Positions 8,997 through 19,480 of a stretch of 64,000 nt of DNA are shown here, in pieces. The position numbers were made by a program, and so were the translations under genes. The notes under the pieces are model-generated. The model was not told where the DNA came from and did not search any database. It was given only the letters and a program-made list of their open reading frames with translations. The DNA is taken from assembly GCA_963798845.1 (NCBI GenBank), contig CAWCUS010000005.1, positions 339,402 to 403,401 on the forward strand, in the 5' to 3' direction. This stretch comes from an uncultured Gemmatimonadales bacterium. GTDB taxonomy: Bacteria > Gemmatimonadota > Gemmatimonadetes > Longimicrobiales > RSA9. Position 1 is the first letter of the stretch, and each line of letters opens with the position of its first letter.

Positions 8997-10526
8997 TCAC
9001 ACCCCTCCCGCGCGCGCCCGCTCGCGCAAAGCCTTCTTCAGCACCTTGCCGCTGTCCCCACGCGGCAGCTCGTCCAGGAACACCACCTGCTTCGGCATCT
9101 TGTACCTCGCCAGGCGACCCACGCAGTACCCGATCAGCTCCTCGCCCGTGAGCGACGACCCGGGCTCCACCACCACGTACGCCCGCCCGACCTCGCCCCA
9201 CTTCTCGTCCGGCACCCCCACCACCGCCACCTCGCGCACCGCAGCGTGCGTGCGGAGGAATTGCTCGACCTCGGCCGGGTAGACGTTCTCCCCGCCGCTC
9301 TTGTACATGTCCTTCTTGCGGTCGACCACGTAGAAGAAGCCGTCCTCGTCGCGGCGAACCAGGTCGCCGGTGTGGAACCAGCCGTCCCGGATCGCGTCCG
9401 CTGTGGCGGCGGGGTTCCGCCAGTAGCCGGGCGTGCACACCGGTCCACGCAGCACCAGCTCGCCCACATCGTCCGGACCGAGCGGCCGGTCGGCGTCGTC
9501 CACCACACGGGCGTCGATGTAGAAGTTGGGGAAGCCGATGGAGCCGATCTTCCGCTCCGCGTGCTCCTCGTTCAGGCTGAACACGTTGGGCCCGAACTCG
9601 GTGAGGCCGTAGCCCTGTCGGATCGGCACGCCACGGGCGTGCCAGAGGCGGATCAGCTCCAGCGGCATCGACTCGCCCCCCACGATGGCGTAGCGCACAC
9701 GAGCGAAATCGGTGGCTTCGAACTCCGGCGAGCGGCGCAGCATCTCCATGATGGTGGGCAGACCGAACAGAATGGTGACGCCCTCGTCGGCCACCAGCTC
9801 CAGGATGCGGTCGGCGTCGAACCTGGGCAGCAGGATCAGCTTCGCGCCCCTGTGGAGGAAGGGGGTGGTCAGGACGTTCCAGCCGCCCGTGTGGAAGAAG
9901 GGCGTGTACGTCAGCGTGACGTCGTTCTGCACCAGGTTCAGCCGCAGCGTGGTGTTCACGCTGTTCCAGAAGAGCATGCCGTTGGTGATGAGCGCGCCCT
10001 TCGGCTTGCCCGTGGTGCCGGAGGTGTAGAGCAGCATGCACGGAGCCTCGAAGCCGCCCGGCACCGGCACGGGGTCGGATGACAGCGTCTCGTCGGCCAG
10101 CCGCGCGGCCCAGCCCTCGTCGCCGTCGAAGTGGAGGCGGCGCGCGGGCACGACGGCGTCGGAGATGGCCGCCACGACGTCGTCGTACTGGCGCTGGTGG
10201 ATCAGGACGGCGGGCTCCGCGTCCGACAGGATCCAGTCGAGCTCCCGTGGCGCCAGGCGGTAGTTCAGCGGGAGGAGGATGGCGCCCAGCTTCTGGCACG
10301 CGAACAGGAGCAGCACGTACTCCGGCTCGTTCATGGACAGCACGGCCACGCGGTCACCCGCCCGCACCCCGAGCTGGTCCGCGAGCACCCGCGCGCCCCG
10401 GTCGATCAGGCGGCGGCAGCCGGCGTACGTGAAGCGCCGGCCCGTGGCGTCGTCCTGGAGCGCCACGGCGTCCGGGCTGTACTCCGCCCACTTCTGGAAC
10501 CAGTCCACCCTCGGCTCGACGTCCAT
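8997..10526 (-). CDS. Acyl-CoA synthetase (AMP-forming, long-chain-fatty-acid CoA ligase-like)
   Basis: YTSGTTGKPKG, GYGLTE, WFHTGD, SGGENVYP and terminal GKVLK motifs. Confidence 0.93.
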   Translation of the reverse strand: MDVEPRVDWFQKWAEYSPDAVALQDDATGRRFTYAGCRRLIDRGARVLADQLGVRAGDRVAVLSMNEPEYVLLLFACQKLGAILLPLNYRLAPRELDWILSDAEPAVLIHQRQYDDVVAAISDAVVPARRLHFDGDEGWAARLADETLSSDPVPVPGGFEAPCMLLYTSGTTGKPKGALITNGMLFWNSVNTTLRLNLVQNDVTLTYTPFFHTGGWNVLTTPFLHRGAKLILLPRFDADRILELVADEGVTILFGLPTIMEMLRRSPEFEATDFARVRYAIVGGESMPLELIRLWHARGVPIRQGYGLTEFGPNVFSLNEEHAERKIGSIGFPNFYIDARVVDDADRPLGPDDVGELVLRGPVCTPGYWRNPAATADAIRDGWFHTGDLVRRDEDGFFYVVDRKKDMYKSGGENVYPAEVEQFLRTHAAVREVAVVGVPDEKWGEVGRAYVVVEPGSSLTGEELIGYCVGRLARYKMPKQVVFLDELPRGDSGKVLKKALRERARAGGV

Positions 10527-10533
10527 CGCTCCT

Positions 10534-12042
10534 CTACGCCCCGCCGGCGGTGACGGGCGCCGAATCGGACGGGGCCTCGCGGGCGCCCGGGCGTCGCCCG
10601 ACGGCGAGGCCGACGCCGCCGACCAGGAGCGACGCCGCTATGGCGAACGTCGCGGGGACAGCCGGATTGTTGTGGTACACGGTGACGTGGCCGTAGTACA
10701 TGCCGAAGTGGACGGCGATGGCCGTGGCCGATGCCGCCCAGATCCACCACTTCGCCATGCTGGTCGTGAAGACGCCCAGCAGGATCGCGACGAACGTGGC
10801 GGCGAAGAGACCGTAGACACCGTTCTGCGCGAAGATCGCGACGCTCAGCGACGGCGCCACGATCTGCTTCCACGACAGCGCCACGGTCACGGGCGCCAGG
10901 GCGACGAGGAACCAGCGCGCGTACACCAGCGAGCGCGCCTTCCACACCGGGTCGTCGCGTCGCCCGCCGCCGGTGACGTGGCGGAGGAAGTCGTTGGCGA
11001 AGATGGAGCTGAGCGCCACCAGGATGGCTTCCATGGTGGAGAAGCCCGCGGCCAGGAGCCCGAGCACCACCACCGCCCGCGTGAACGAGCTGAACCGGGT
11101 CACCATGTACGTGGCCATCACCATGTCCGGCGCCAGCGTCTCACCGGTGAGCGACAGACGCGCGAAGAGCCCGGTGACCAGCACGGCGAAGAAGAGCCCG
11201 GACACCACCACGGCGGTGCCGAGATAGCGGTTCACGTCCTTCTCGCTCCGCAGGTAGAGCGACTTCGAGATGATGTGCGGCTGGAGGATGATGGCGAGCC
11301 CCACCACGAAGTTGGCCACGAACACCTCGAACCAGTCGCGGAAGAGCAGGCTGGAAGGGTTCGTGGCCTCCGCGTAGTGAGGGCCGACGGCCGCGAGGCG
11401 GTGGAAGAAGCCGCCCATGCCGTCGCCGAAGAACTTCGCGCCGGACCCGAGAAAGAGCAGCGCCACCACGATCATGATGGCGGCCTGCATGGTATTCGTG
11501 AGCACGTGCGTGCCCGCACCACCCAGCAGGATGTACGTGAACGTGAAGGCCACGACCGCCACCAGCGCGGCCCAGGTCGGGATCGCGAGCGCCTGCCCCA
11601 GCACCAGGGTCAGTCCGACGACGATCAGCACCAGGAAGCTCACCTGGAGCAGGCTCAGCACGGCGAACCAGACGCTCAGCCGGCTGTCGCCGAAGCGATC
11701 GCCGATCCACTGGGGCACGGTGAGCACGCGCGTCTGGTCACCGATCCGGCGGAAGCTCTTCGAGAACACCACCAGCCCCAGGAACATCCCCAGCGGCGCC
11801 GCCACCGCGTAGCCGAGCACGCCCGACCAGCCGTACAGGTAGATCAGCCCGGGGTTGATGACGAACGTCGCCGCGCTGGTCAGGCTCGCCGCCAGGCTCA
11901 GTCCCACCGCCACGGGGCTCACCTGCCGGGATCCGACCGAGTAGCTCTCCATGGTCGACGCCCGCCGCGCGCGCCACGCGATCGCGGCCACGAAGACCGC
12001 GTACGCCGCCACCAGCACCCACGACCACAGCGATTCGCTCAC
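10534..12042 (-). CDS. Sodium:solute symporter (SSS family, PanF/PutP-like)
   Basis: About 13 TM segments; YSVGSR, SAATF..PG, QPH and AAGFST motifs; GTG start overlaps the upstream TGA (GTGA). Confidence 0.88.
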   Translation of the reverse strand: MSESLWSWVLVAAYAVFVAAIAWRARRASTMESYSVGSRQVSPVAVGLSLAASLTSAATFVINPGLIYLYGWSGVLGYAVAAPLGMFLGLVVFSKSFRRIGDQTRVLTVPQWIGDRFGDSRLSVWFAVLSLLQVSFLVLIVVGLTLVLGQALAIPTWAALVAVVAFTFTYILLGGAGTHVLTNTMQAAIMIVVALLFLGSGAKFFGDGMGGFFHRLAAVGPHYAEATNPSSLLFRDWFEVFVANFVVGLAIILQPHIISKSLYLRSEKDVNRYLGTAVVVSGLFFAVLVTGLFARLSLTGETLAPDMVMATYMVTRFSSFTRAVVVLGLLAAGFSTMEAILVALSSIFANDFLRHVTGGGRRDDPVWKARSLVYARWFLVALAPVTVALSWKQIVAPSLSVAIFAQNGVYGLFAATFVAILLGVFTTSMAKWWIWAASATAIAVHFGMYYGHVTVYHNNPAVPATFAIAASLLVGGVGLAVGRRPGAREAPSDSAPVTAGGA

Positions 12043-13079
12043 GTGTCGTAGCCCCATTCCATGGCCAGGGCGGCCATCGCCATGCCGCCGCCCGAGCCCA
12101 TGAGCACCACCAGGTCACCGGCCTTCAGCAGGTGACGATCGGCGGCATCCGCCATCGCCATCGGGATGCACGCGCTCCCCGTGTAGGCGAAACGGGTCAT
12201 CACGTTGTGGGAACGGTCCCGCGGCACGCCCAGTATGTCCAGCGTCTGATCGATGCTGTTGATGTTGATCTGCGTGAAGAAGTAGCGGGCCACGTCGCCC
12301 GGCTCCTTCCCGATCTTGCCCAGCACGCTGCGGATCAGACGCGGCCAGTGCGTCGGGTTCGTCTCCGGCGGGAACTTCTTCGCGAACCGCAGCAGGTGGT
12401 CCTTCCGCTCCAGCGCTTCGGGCGTCACCGGCATGAACGTGCCGCCCGCGTAGATCCCCATGTAATCGTGGAAGGAGCCCTCGGCGTACAGCTCGCTGGC
12501 CAGGATCCCGGCGCCGGACCCGGATCCGGGCTCCGGGGCAGAGGCATGGTCCGCCGCGCTCACCACCGCGGCGCCCGCGCCATCGGCGAAGAGCGTGGCC
12601 AGCTTGTAGTCGTCGAAATCGAGGTACTTGCTCATGCCGTACGCCCCGGCAATGAGCACGTGCCGGTACGACGGGTCCGCCACGATGTACTTCCACGCCA
12701 GGTCCGCGATCGTGACGAAGCCCGCGCAGGCGGTGTTCACATCGAAAGTGCCGGCGTTCACGGCGCCCAGCTTGTGCTGCACCACCGATGCCGTGGAAGG
12801 CGAGATGTAGTCGGGCGTGTCCGTCGCGACGACCACCAGGTCCAGATCCTCCGACCCGATCCCGGACTCCGCGAGCGCCTCCCGGGCCGCCGGGACCACC
12901 AGGTCCGACGTGGCCTGGTCCGCCGCCATGAAGTGACGCGTCTCGATGTTCCGGTTCGCCCGGAGGAACGCGTCCACGTCCATCCCGTAACGCTCGTTGA
13001 ACTCCGCGTTCGGGATCGCTCGCCCCGGAGCGCACAGGCCCGTGCCCGTCACCACCGCACGCCGCGTCCGCTCGCTCAT
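12039..13079 (-). CDS. FabH/KAS III-like thiolase-fold enzyme with non-canonical His/Asn positions
   Basis: FDVNTACAGF (Cys), LFADGAGA and GSGGG motifs; TQIN replaces HQAN and AYTGSAC replaces GNTSAAS. Confidence 0.88.
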   Translation of the reverse strand: MSERTRRAVVTGTGLCAPGRAIPNAEFNERYGMDVDAFLRANRNIETRHFMAADQATSDLVVPAAREALAESGIGSEDLDLVVVATDTPDYISPSTASVVQHKLGAVNAGTFDVNTACAGFVTIADLAWKYIVADPSYRHVLIAGAYGMSKYLDFDDYKLATLFADGAGAAVVSAADHASAPEPGSGSGAGILASELYAEGSFHDYMGIYAGGTFMPVTPEALERKDHLLRFAKKFPPETNPTHWPRLIRSVLGKIGKEPGDVARYFFTQININSIDQTLDILGVPRDRSHNVMTRFAYTGSACIPMAMADAADRHLLKAGDLVVLMGSGGGMAMAALAMEWGYDT

Positions 13080-13086
13080 GCCACCC

Positions 13087-13695
13087 TCACTCCGCCTCCG
13101 GACGCGGGCTCAGCCCGTCGTGGATGAACTTGCGAAGGCTCTCCAGCGCCTCCTCCGGAGGCTCCCGGTCCTCCCATACCACCCAGCGCATTCCCATGAA
13201 ATGCGCCGCCCCCATGAGCGCGTACGCCACCGTCTCCGGATCCAGCCGCCGGATCTCGCCCGCCTCCATCGCCGTCGCCAGCCCCTTCGTGTAGCCCGCC
13301 GCCAGACGCTCGTAGTACCAGCGGAAGAGCGCCGGGTCGATGAACTGGCTCTCGAACACGATCCGGTACAGGTCCCGGTGCGCCGACGCGAATCGCAGGA
13401 AGCTCCGAAGCCCGGCCTCCTCCACCGCCAGGCGACCCTCCACCCCCGCCAGCTCACGGGCTATCGTCAGCCGCAGCCGGTGGCTCAGCGAGCGCACCAG
13501 CTCGCTGAAGACTTCGTCCTTGCCGTGGAAATACAGGTAGAACGTGCCCTGCCCCACGCCGGCCTGCGTCGTGATCCCCGTGACGGAGGTGGCGTGGTAG
13601 CCGGCGCGGCCGAAGAGTGCCTCCGCGGCGTCCAGCAGCTTCTGGCGCGTGGCTTCGCCGCGCGCGGTGCGAGGTTTCCGAGAGGCCCGGATCAT
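13087..13695 (-). CDS. TetR/AcrR family transcriptional regulator
   Basis: HTH TRQKLLDAAEALF..GY..TSV..I...AGVGQGTFYLYF.GKDE. Confidence 0.93.
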   Translation of the reverse strand: MIRASRKPRTARGEATRQKLLDAAEALFGRAGYHATSVTGITTQAGVGQGTFYLYFHGKDEVFSELVRSLSHRLRLTIARELAGVEGRLAVEEAGLRSFLRFASAHRDLYRIVFESQFIDPALFRWYYERLAAGYTKGLATAMEAGEIRRLDPETVAYALMGAAHFMGMRWVVWEDREPPEEALESLRKFIHDGLSPRPEAE

Positions 13696-13738
13696 GGGAC
13701 TGTGCGCTCGATTCGTGGGACGTCCGGGGCGTACATGA

Positions 13739-13760
13739 AACCTGAATCGGGTGTCAGGTT
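13739..13760. promoter_or_regulatory. Putative TetR operator AACCTGA-N8-TCAGGTT
   Basis: Perfect 7-bp inverted repeat 44 bp upstream of tetR and downstream of a minus-strand TTGACA (13786-13791). Confidence 0.7.
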
Positions 13761-13815
13761 AATGGATGCACCCCCGCACCGCCGGTGTCAATGGGCGACA
13801 GGTCGGACCGTGGAC

Positions 13816-16798
13816 TCAGCCGCCGAGCGGGCGCGGGTCCGGCTTCACGGTGAACGTCCGCGTGTAGCGCTTGCCGTCGACCGTGAGCCTGGCCGTGAAC
13901 TCGCCGGGGAGCGTGACCACGGGCTCCTCGGGGCCGCGGCGGCCGAACCCGCCGAATCCGCGGGCGCGGCCGGTGTTCGGCTTCCACACCGCGCGGTGCA
14001 TCCCGGCCCTGGCGGAGAACCGCTCGGGCGGGCGCCGCCAGATGCTGGCGGTGTTGGGGATGCCGCCCTGACCGCCCTGACCTCCCTGCCCGCCCTGGCC
14101 GCCGGCGCCCCGCCTCGCCGCTTCCGGCGCTTCCTCGCTGGAGAAGGTGCGCAGCACCTGTCCCTGGCCATCGAGGATGTCGAGGGTGACCGGGCCCTGC
14201 GCGTCGTGGGCGAGCCAGTAGTCGATGTAGGCGCCGTCGGGCGGGTTCTCGGCCTGGGGCTCGTCCTGCTGCATGCGCATGCCGTTGTCGCCGCCCTGGT
14301 CGTAGTCGATCGGCCGTGGCGGGCTGGAACAGGTATGCGTCGGCCGTGGCGATGGCCGGGTCGGCCTGGCGCAGCGGGCCGATGTCGTCGATCACCCAGA
14401 AGCCGCGGCCGTGGGTGGCGACGATCAGGTCGCCCTGGTAGACCTGGAAGTCGCGCACGGAGTTGGGCGGCAGGTCGAGCTGGAGCGGCTGCCAGTGGTC
14501 GCCATCGTCGAAGGAGACGAACGCGCCGCGCTCGGTGCCGGCGAACAGCAGCCCCCGCCGCTCGGGGTCCTCCTTCACGACGTGCACGTACACGCCTGCG
14601 GGGAGGCCGTCGGTGATGCGCTGCCAGCTCTTCCCCAAGTCGCGCGTGCGGTAGATGTACGGGTCGAAGTCCTCGAGCTGGTGCCTGTCGACGCTGGCGT
14701 ACGCGGTGGCCTCGTCGAAGTGCGACGCTTCGATCGTGGTGACGCGGCTCCACGGCGTGAGCGCCTTCGGGGTCACGTCGCGCCAGGTGTCGCCGTCATC
14801 GGGCGTGGCCTGGATGAGGCCGTCGTCGGTGCCGATCCACACCAGCGGCGCGCGCAGCGGCGAGGGGGAGATGGTGTAGACCACGCCGCGCCGGTCGTTG
14901 CCGACGTCGTCGGCGGCGGCCCTGTCGAGGTTTCCGGGGATGCCCGGGTTCGGTCGCGTCAGGTCCGGACTGATCCGCTTCCACGACGCCGCGCCGTCGC
15001 TCGACTTGAAGACGAACTGGTTGGCGTAGTAGAGCGCGTGCGGGTCGGCGGGCGACAGCACCAGCGGCTGCGTCCAGTCGTGTCGCGCCGGCTCGGGGGA
15101 CTCGGGCGCCGTGGTGCCGGGAACGAACCGGTTCTGCGCCAGGTCGAAGCGGCTGCCCGTGCCCCCGTAGACGACGCCGGGGTGGAGCGGGTCGCCGGCC
15201 GTGCAGCCGCTCTCGCCGCCCGCCCCCACCGGCTCCCAGTCGCGCTCGGAGATCTCGCCGAACTTGCCGCGCGAGCGCACGCCCACGGCACCGCTGTCCT
15301 GCTGCGCGCCGGTGACCCAGTACGGAAAGCGGTAGTCCACGGAAAGGTGGTAGATCTGCGCGGTGGGCTGGTTGTACCACGAGCTCCAGTCCACTTCGGC
15401 GGGGTCCGCCCTCGCGTTGCGCGTGATGACGGTGCCCTGGTCGCTCGACGTGATGAGCGTGTCCGGGTCCTCGGGCGAGATCCACGCCTGGTGGTAGTCG
15501 TCGCCGCCGGGCGAGCCCTTGAGCGCCACCCACGTGTGGCCGCCGTCATCCGAGCGCGAAAGCGAGACGTTGGACACGTAGACCACGTCCGCGTCGGTGG
15601 GGTCCACCACCACGTGCTCGAAGTACCAGCCGCGGCCCCACAGCGCCATGTCGGACGACAGCCGCGTCCAAGTCTCGCCGCCGTCGTCGGAGCGGAAGAA
15701 GCCTCCCTGGAGCGGCATCCCCGGGTTCGTCCCGTACGGGTTCGCGGCGGGCTCCTCCGGCGGCTTCGCCCCCGGCTCCGGCAGCAGGCAGTCCACCATG
15801 GCGTACACGCGGCTCGGGTCGGTGGCCGCCACCGCGATGCCGGTGCGGCCGATCCCCTCCGGCGGCAGCCCGGCGGTGAGCTGCTTCCACGTGTCGCCGC
15901 CGTCCGTGGACTTCCAGATGCCGCCGCCCGGACCGTTCGTGGGCGGGTAGACGAACCACGGCGGCCGGCGCGTGTTCCACAGCCCGGCGTACACCACGTC
16001 CGGGTTCGTCGGGTCGATCACCACTTCGACCGCGCCCACGTCCGGACCCCTGTACAGCACTTTCTTCCAGCTCCGGCCGCCGTCCTTCGACCGGAACACG
16101 CCGCGCTGCTCGCTGCCGCCGTAGTAGTGCCCGATGGCCGCCACGAACACCGTGTCCGCGTCCGTCGGGTGCACCGCCACCCTGCCGATGTGGCGCGTGT
16201 CCTCCAGCCCCAGGTGCGTCCAAGTGGCGCCCGCGTCCGTCGACCTGTACACGCCGTTGCCGAACCCCGTGGAGTCCCGCAGCGTGGAGTCGCCGGTGCC
16301 CACGTACACCGTGTCCGGCGACGACGGCGCCACCGCCATCGCCCCGATGGACGCCACCGGCTGGTCGTCGAACACCGGCTTCCACACGCCGCCGCCGTTG
16401 ATGGTCTTCCACACCCCGCCGTTCACGTGCCCGAAGTAGAACTCGTTCGGCCGCCCCGGCACGCCCGTGGCGGCGTTGCAGCGCCCCCCGCGGAACGGGC
16501 CCAGCATGCGCCAGCGGAGGCCGGAGAAGAGCCCCTCCGGCACCGGCCCCGATGCGGCGGGCCACGTCCCCGTCGCCCGCCGGTCGTCGCCCAGCCCCAC
16601 CGCGCGCAGCACCGAGCCCGGCAGCCCGCGCGGCCGCAGCAGCCCGGTCAGCCCGGGCACCAGCAGCATGGCGCCGCCTGCCTGCCCGGCGCGGAGGACG
16701 AAGTCCCTGCGGGTGACCGGGCGCGCGTCCGGGACATCGCTGGAAACGGGTGAGCGGTCGCGGCCCGGCTCTTCGGCCGCGGGGAGCCTGCGTGACAA
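13816..16798 (-). CDS. Tat-exported BNR/VPS10-repeat glycosyl hydrolase-like beta-propeller protein; +1 frameshift near 14311
   Basis: TRRDFV twin-arginine signal; WRMLGPFRGGR and many SxDGGxTW Asp-boxes; the C-terminus continues in ORF 13816..14280 (ENPPDGAYIDY); TTG start with AGGAGG. Confidence 0.85.
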
Positions 16799-17070
16799 GA
16801 GCGCCTCCTGGTGCGTGGATCGGGAGACAACATGGCCGACCGGCGGCGCCGGGGCCAGCCGACGTGCGCACCAGCGCCAGCACTCCGCCGCCGGCTCCCC
16901 TCCCGGCCGGCTCACCGTCACGCCCGACGCGAGATGGTCGTTCAGGTAGGGGCGGCCGGGGCGGCCGGGGCGGCCGGGACTGCGGGGGCGGCCGGAATCG
17001 CTGCCGCGGGCGCCCTGGCCGTGGAAACCGCTCTGCCGCATTCTGCGTTCGCACCCGAGACCCGCGTTTC

Positions 17071-18603
17071 ATGCCGCAGCCACATCGATCGTTCCCGACC
17101 GTCCTCGCGCTGGCGGCGCTCCCGCTGTGGGCGTGCGACCACGAGGCCACCGCTCCGCGCGTTCCGCCCGACGTGGCCGGGGCGGTGGCCACGATCACCG
17201 CCGCCGACGTGGCCGGGCGGGTGGGGATCATCGCGGATGACAGCATGGGCGGGCGGAACACGCCGAGCCCGGGACTCGAGGCCACGGCGTCGTACATGGC
17301 GTCGGAGCTCGAGGCCATGGGGCTGGAAGCATCCGGCACCGGGTACATACAGCGCTACCCGTTCGCGTACCCGGTGCGGGACGACGCCAGCCTCCTGCTG
17401 GAGCTGGCCGTCGGGCAGACGCCGGCGCTGGAGGTCGGGCGCGACCTCGTGATGTTCGGGGCGGCGCCGGAGCGCGGCGACACGGTGGGCCGGATCGTCT
17501 GGGGCGGCCCCGCGTCGGACCCGGAGGCGCCGGGCCGGCTCGGCGTGCCTCTGGCCGGCCGGGTCGTGCTGTACGACCTGCCCGTGTCCCGGTACGACCT
17601 GGCCGCGGTCCTGGCGACGACCGGCGCGCAGCAGGCGGCGATCGAGGGCGACGCGGCGGCGATCGGCTTCGTGGTGGGTCCCGGGTTCGGCGAGCAGGAG
17701 ATGGCCGCCGCGCTCGCGCGCAGTCCCCGCCACGAGCGGTGGATCCCGGAGTTCTGGATCCGGCAGCCTGCGGCGGAGGCGCTGCTCTCGGCCGCGGGAG
17801 CCGACCTGGCGTCCCTCCGGTCGGGTGCGCCGCGGGTCCTGGACGACTCCCTGCGCGTGCGCGCGCTCCTGGCGGAGGCGACGGCGCTGGCGCCCAACGT
17901 GGTGGCCGTGCTGCCCGGCTCCGATCCGTCGCTGCGCGCCGAGTACGTGGTCGTGTCGGCCCACTACGACCACCTCGGGATCGGGTTGGCGGACGCGACC
18001 GGGGACTCGATCTACAACGGCGCCGACGACAACGGGTCCGGGACCACCGCCGTGCTCGAGGTCGCGGAAGCGATGGCGTCGCTGGAGACCCCGCCCGCCC
18101 GGTCACTCCTCTTCCTCCTGGTGAGCGGCGAGGAGCGCGGGCTCATCGGGTCCTCGTACTTCGCCCGGCACCCGACCGTGCCGCTGTCGAGCATCGTCGC
18201 CGACATCAACCTGGACATGGTCGGGCGCAACGATCCGGCCGAGGTGATCGGCGTGGGCAGCGAGTACACCAGCCTCGGCGACCTCGCCACTTCGCTCGCC
18301 CGCGACACCGACGCCCTGGGGCTCAGCGTCCTCCCCGACCTCGCGCCCGACGAGCACCTGTTCTTCCGCAGCGACCAGCTCGTGTTCGCCTGCCGCGAAA
18401 TCCCCTCCCTCTTCTTCACCGACGGGGGCCACGCCGACTACCACACCGTGAGCGACGAGGTGGACAGGCTCGACACCGACAAGATCGCCCGCGTCGCGAG
18501 GCTGGCGTTCTACCTCGCCTACGACGTGGCGGACGCGAAGGACCCGCCGACGTGGACGTCCGCCGGGCGAGCGGCGCTGAGCGAGAACGTGAGGTGCCCG
18601 TGA
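17071..18603 (+). CDS. M28 family metallopeptidase, lipoprotein
   Basis: Lipobox LWAC; SAHYDHLG, NGADDNGSG, SGEERG, NLDM, RSD and YH zinc-site motifs. Confidence 0.92.
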   Translation: MPQPHRSFPTVLALAALPLWACDHEATAPRVPPDVAGAVATITAADVAGRVGIIADDSMGGRNTPSPGLEATASYMASELEAMGLEASGTGYIQRYPFAYPVRDDASLLLELAVGQTPALEVGRDLVMFGAAPERGDTVGRIVWGGPASDPEAPGRLGVPLAGRVVLYDLPVSRYDLAAVLATTGAQQAAIEGDAAAIGFVVGPGFGEQEMAAALARSPRHERWIPEFWIRQPAAEALLSAAGADLASLRSGAPRVLDDSLRVRALLAEATALAPNVVAVLPGSDPSLRAEYVVVSAHYDHLGIGLADATGDSIYNGADDNGSGTTAVLEVAEAMASLETPPARSLLFLLVSGEERGLIGSSYFARHPTVPLSSIVADINLDMVGRNDPAEVIGVGSEYTSLGDLATSLARDTDALGLSVLPDLAPDEHLFFRSDQLVFACREIPSLFFTDGGHADYHTVSDEVDRLDTDKIARVARLAFYLAYDVADAKDPPTWTSAGRAALSENVRCP

Positions 18604-19179
18604 ACTGGAGCCGGAAGGAAGTCGAGCGAAGGTGCCTGGCGACCTCCGACGCGGCGAGGGTGCCGAGCCACGGGGTGGTGCTGGTGCGGGCGGTGGGGCA
18701 GTAAGGGCGACGCCACCAACCGTGGCACATCGACGGACTCAATGATGGGCGGCGGAGCAGGCGGAGGAATGGCGCGGCGGGACGCATCGGGAGGCGGGCG
18801 TCCAGCCACAACGCCGTGGCGGCGCACGGCAGGTCCCCCCGACGGGGGTCGATGCCGCTTCCGGCCTCGGCAACCGACCACTCGCTGCGGGCTCCGGGGT
18901 GAGTGGTCGCTCTGCGGCGGTGAGAGGCCCTGAATCGACCACTCGATCTCAGGCTGGTCGAACGAGTGGGCACTTTCAGGCCCCAGGGACCGCCAACCGA
19001 CCAATCGACCGCCGAGCTGCCGCGTGTGGTCAGGAAGCAACGCACGGCCGGCCCACGCGCCGCCGCGCCACGGGGCGGTGCGGGTGCGGGTCAGCCGTCC
19101 GCCATGGAGAGACGGACCTCGTTGACAAATGTTTCCACCTGAGGTAACGAGCGGCCGTCAGCACCGCAGTCTTGCGGCC

Positions 19180-19199
19180 TGTGTACAACCGTGCACACA
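19180..19199. promoter_or_regulatory. Palindromic operator upstream of brnTA
   Basis: TGTGTACA-ACCG-TGCACACA (one mismatch), 5 bp before the brnT start. Confidence 0.55.
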
Positions 19200-19204
19200 T
19201 TCAA

Positions 19205-19480
19205 GTGCATTAGGAGTGGGATCCGGCGAAGGCGACATCGAACCAGCAGAAGCACGGCGTTCGATTTGCGGACGCCATCGGCGTGTTCTCGGATGCCCGG
19301 GCGCTGGTGATGCGCGACTCGCGCCAGGACGACGAGCGGTACGTGGTCCTTGGCCTTCACGCGCTGGGGCGCCTCCTCGTAGTCGTCTACACGTGGCGCG
19401 GCCCGGACAGGATCCGCCTCATCTCCGCGCGCCCCGCCACGCGAACGGAAGCGCGGCAGTACGCGGGAGGAAGTCCGTGA
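19205..19480 (+). pseudogene. brnT: BrnT family toxin with an in-frame TAG at codon 3
   Basis: GTG CAT TAG GAG TGG GAT = VH*EWDPAKATSNQQKHGVRFADA...ERYVVLG...LLVVVYT.R...IRLISAR.AT. Confidence 0.8.

Noticed and set aside
8997..10526. Second menE copy
   Set aside because: The operon context (MaoC, FabH-like, symporter) points to a different acyl-CoA ligase; a menE lies in the men operon
19211..19213. Stop-codon reassignment or pyrrolysine read-through in brnT
   Set aside because: TAG terminates several clear genes in the window and no pyl genes are seen
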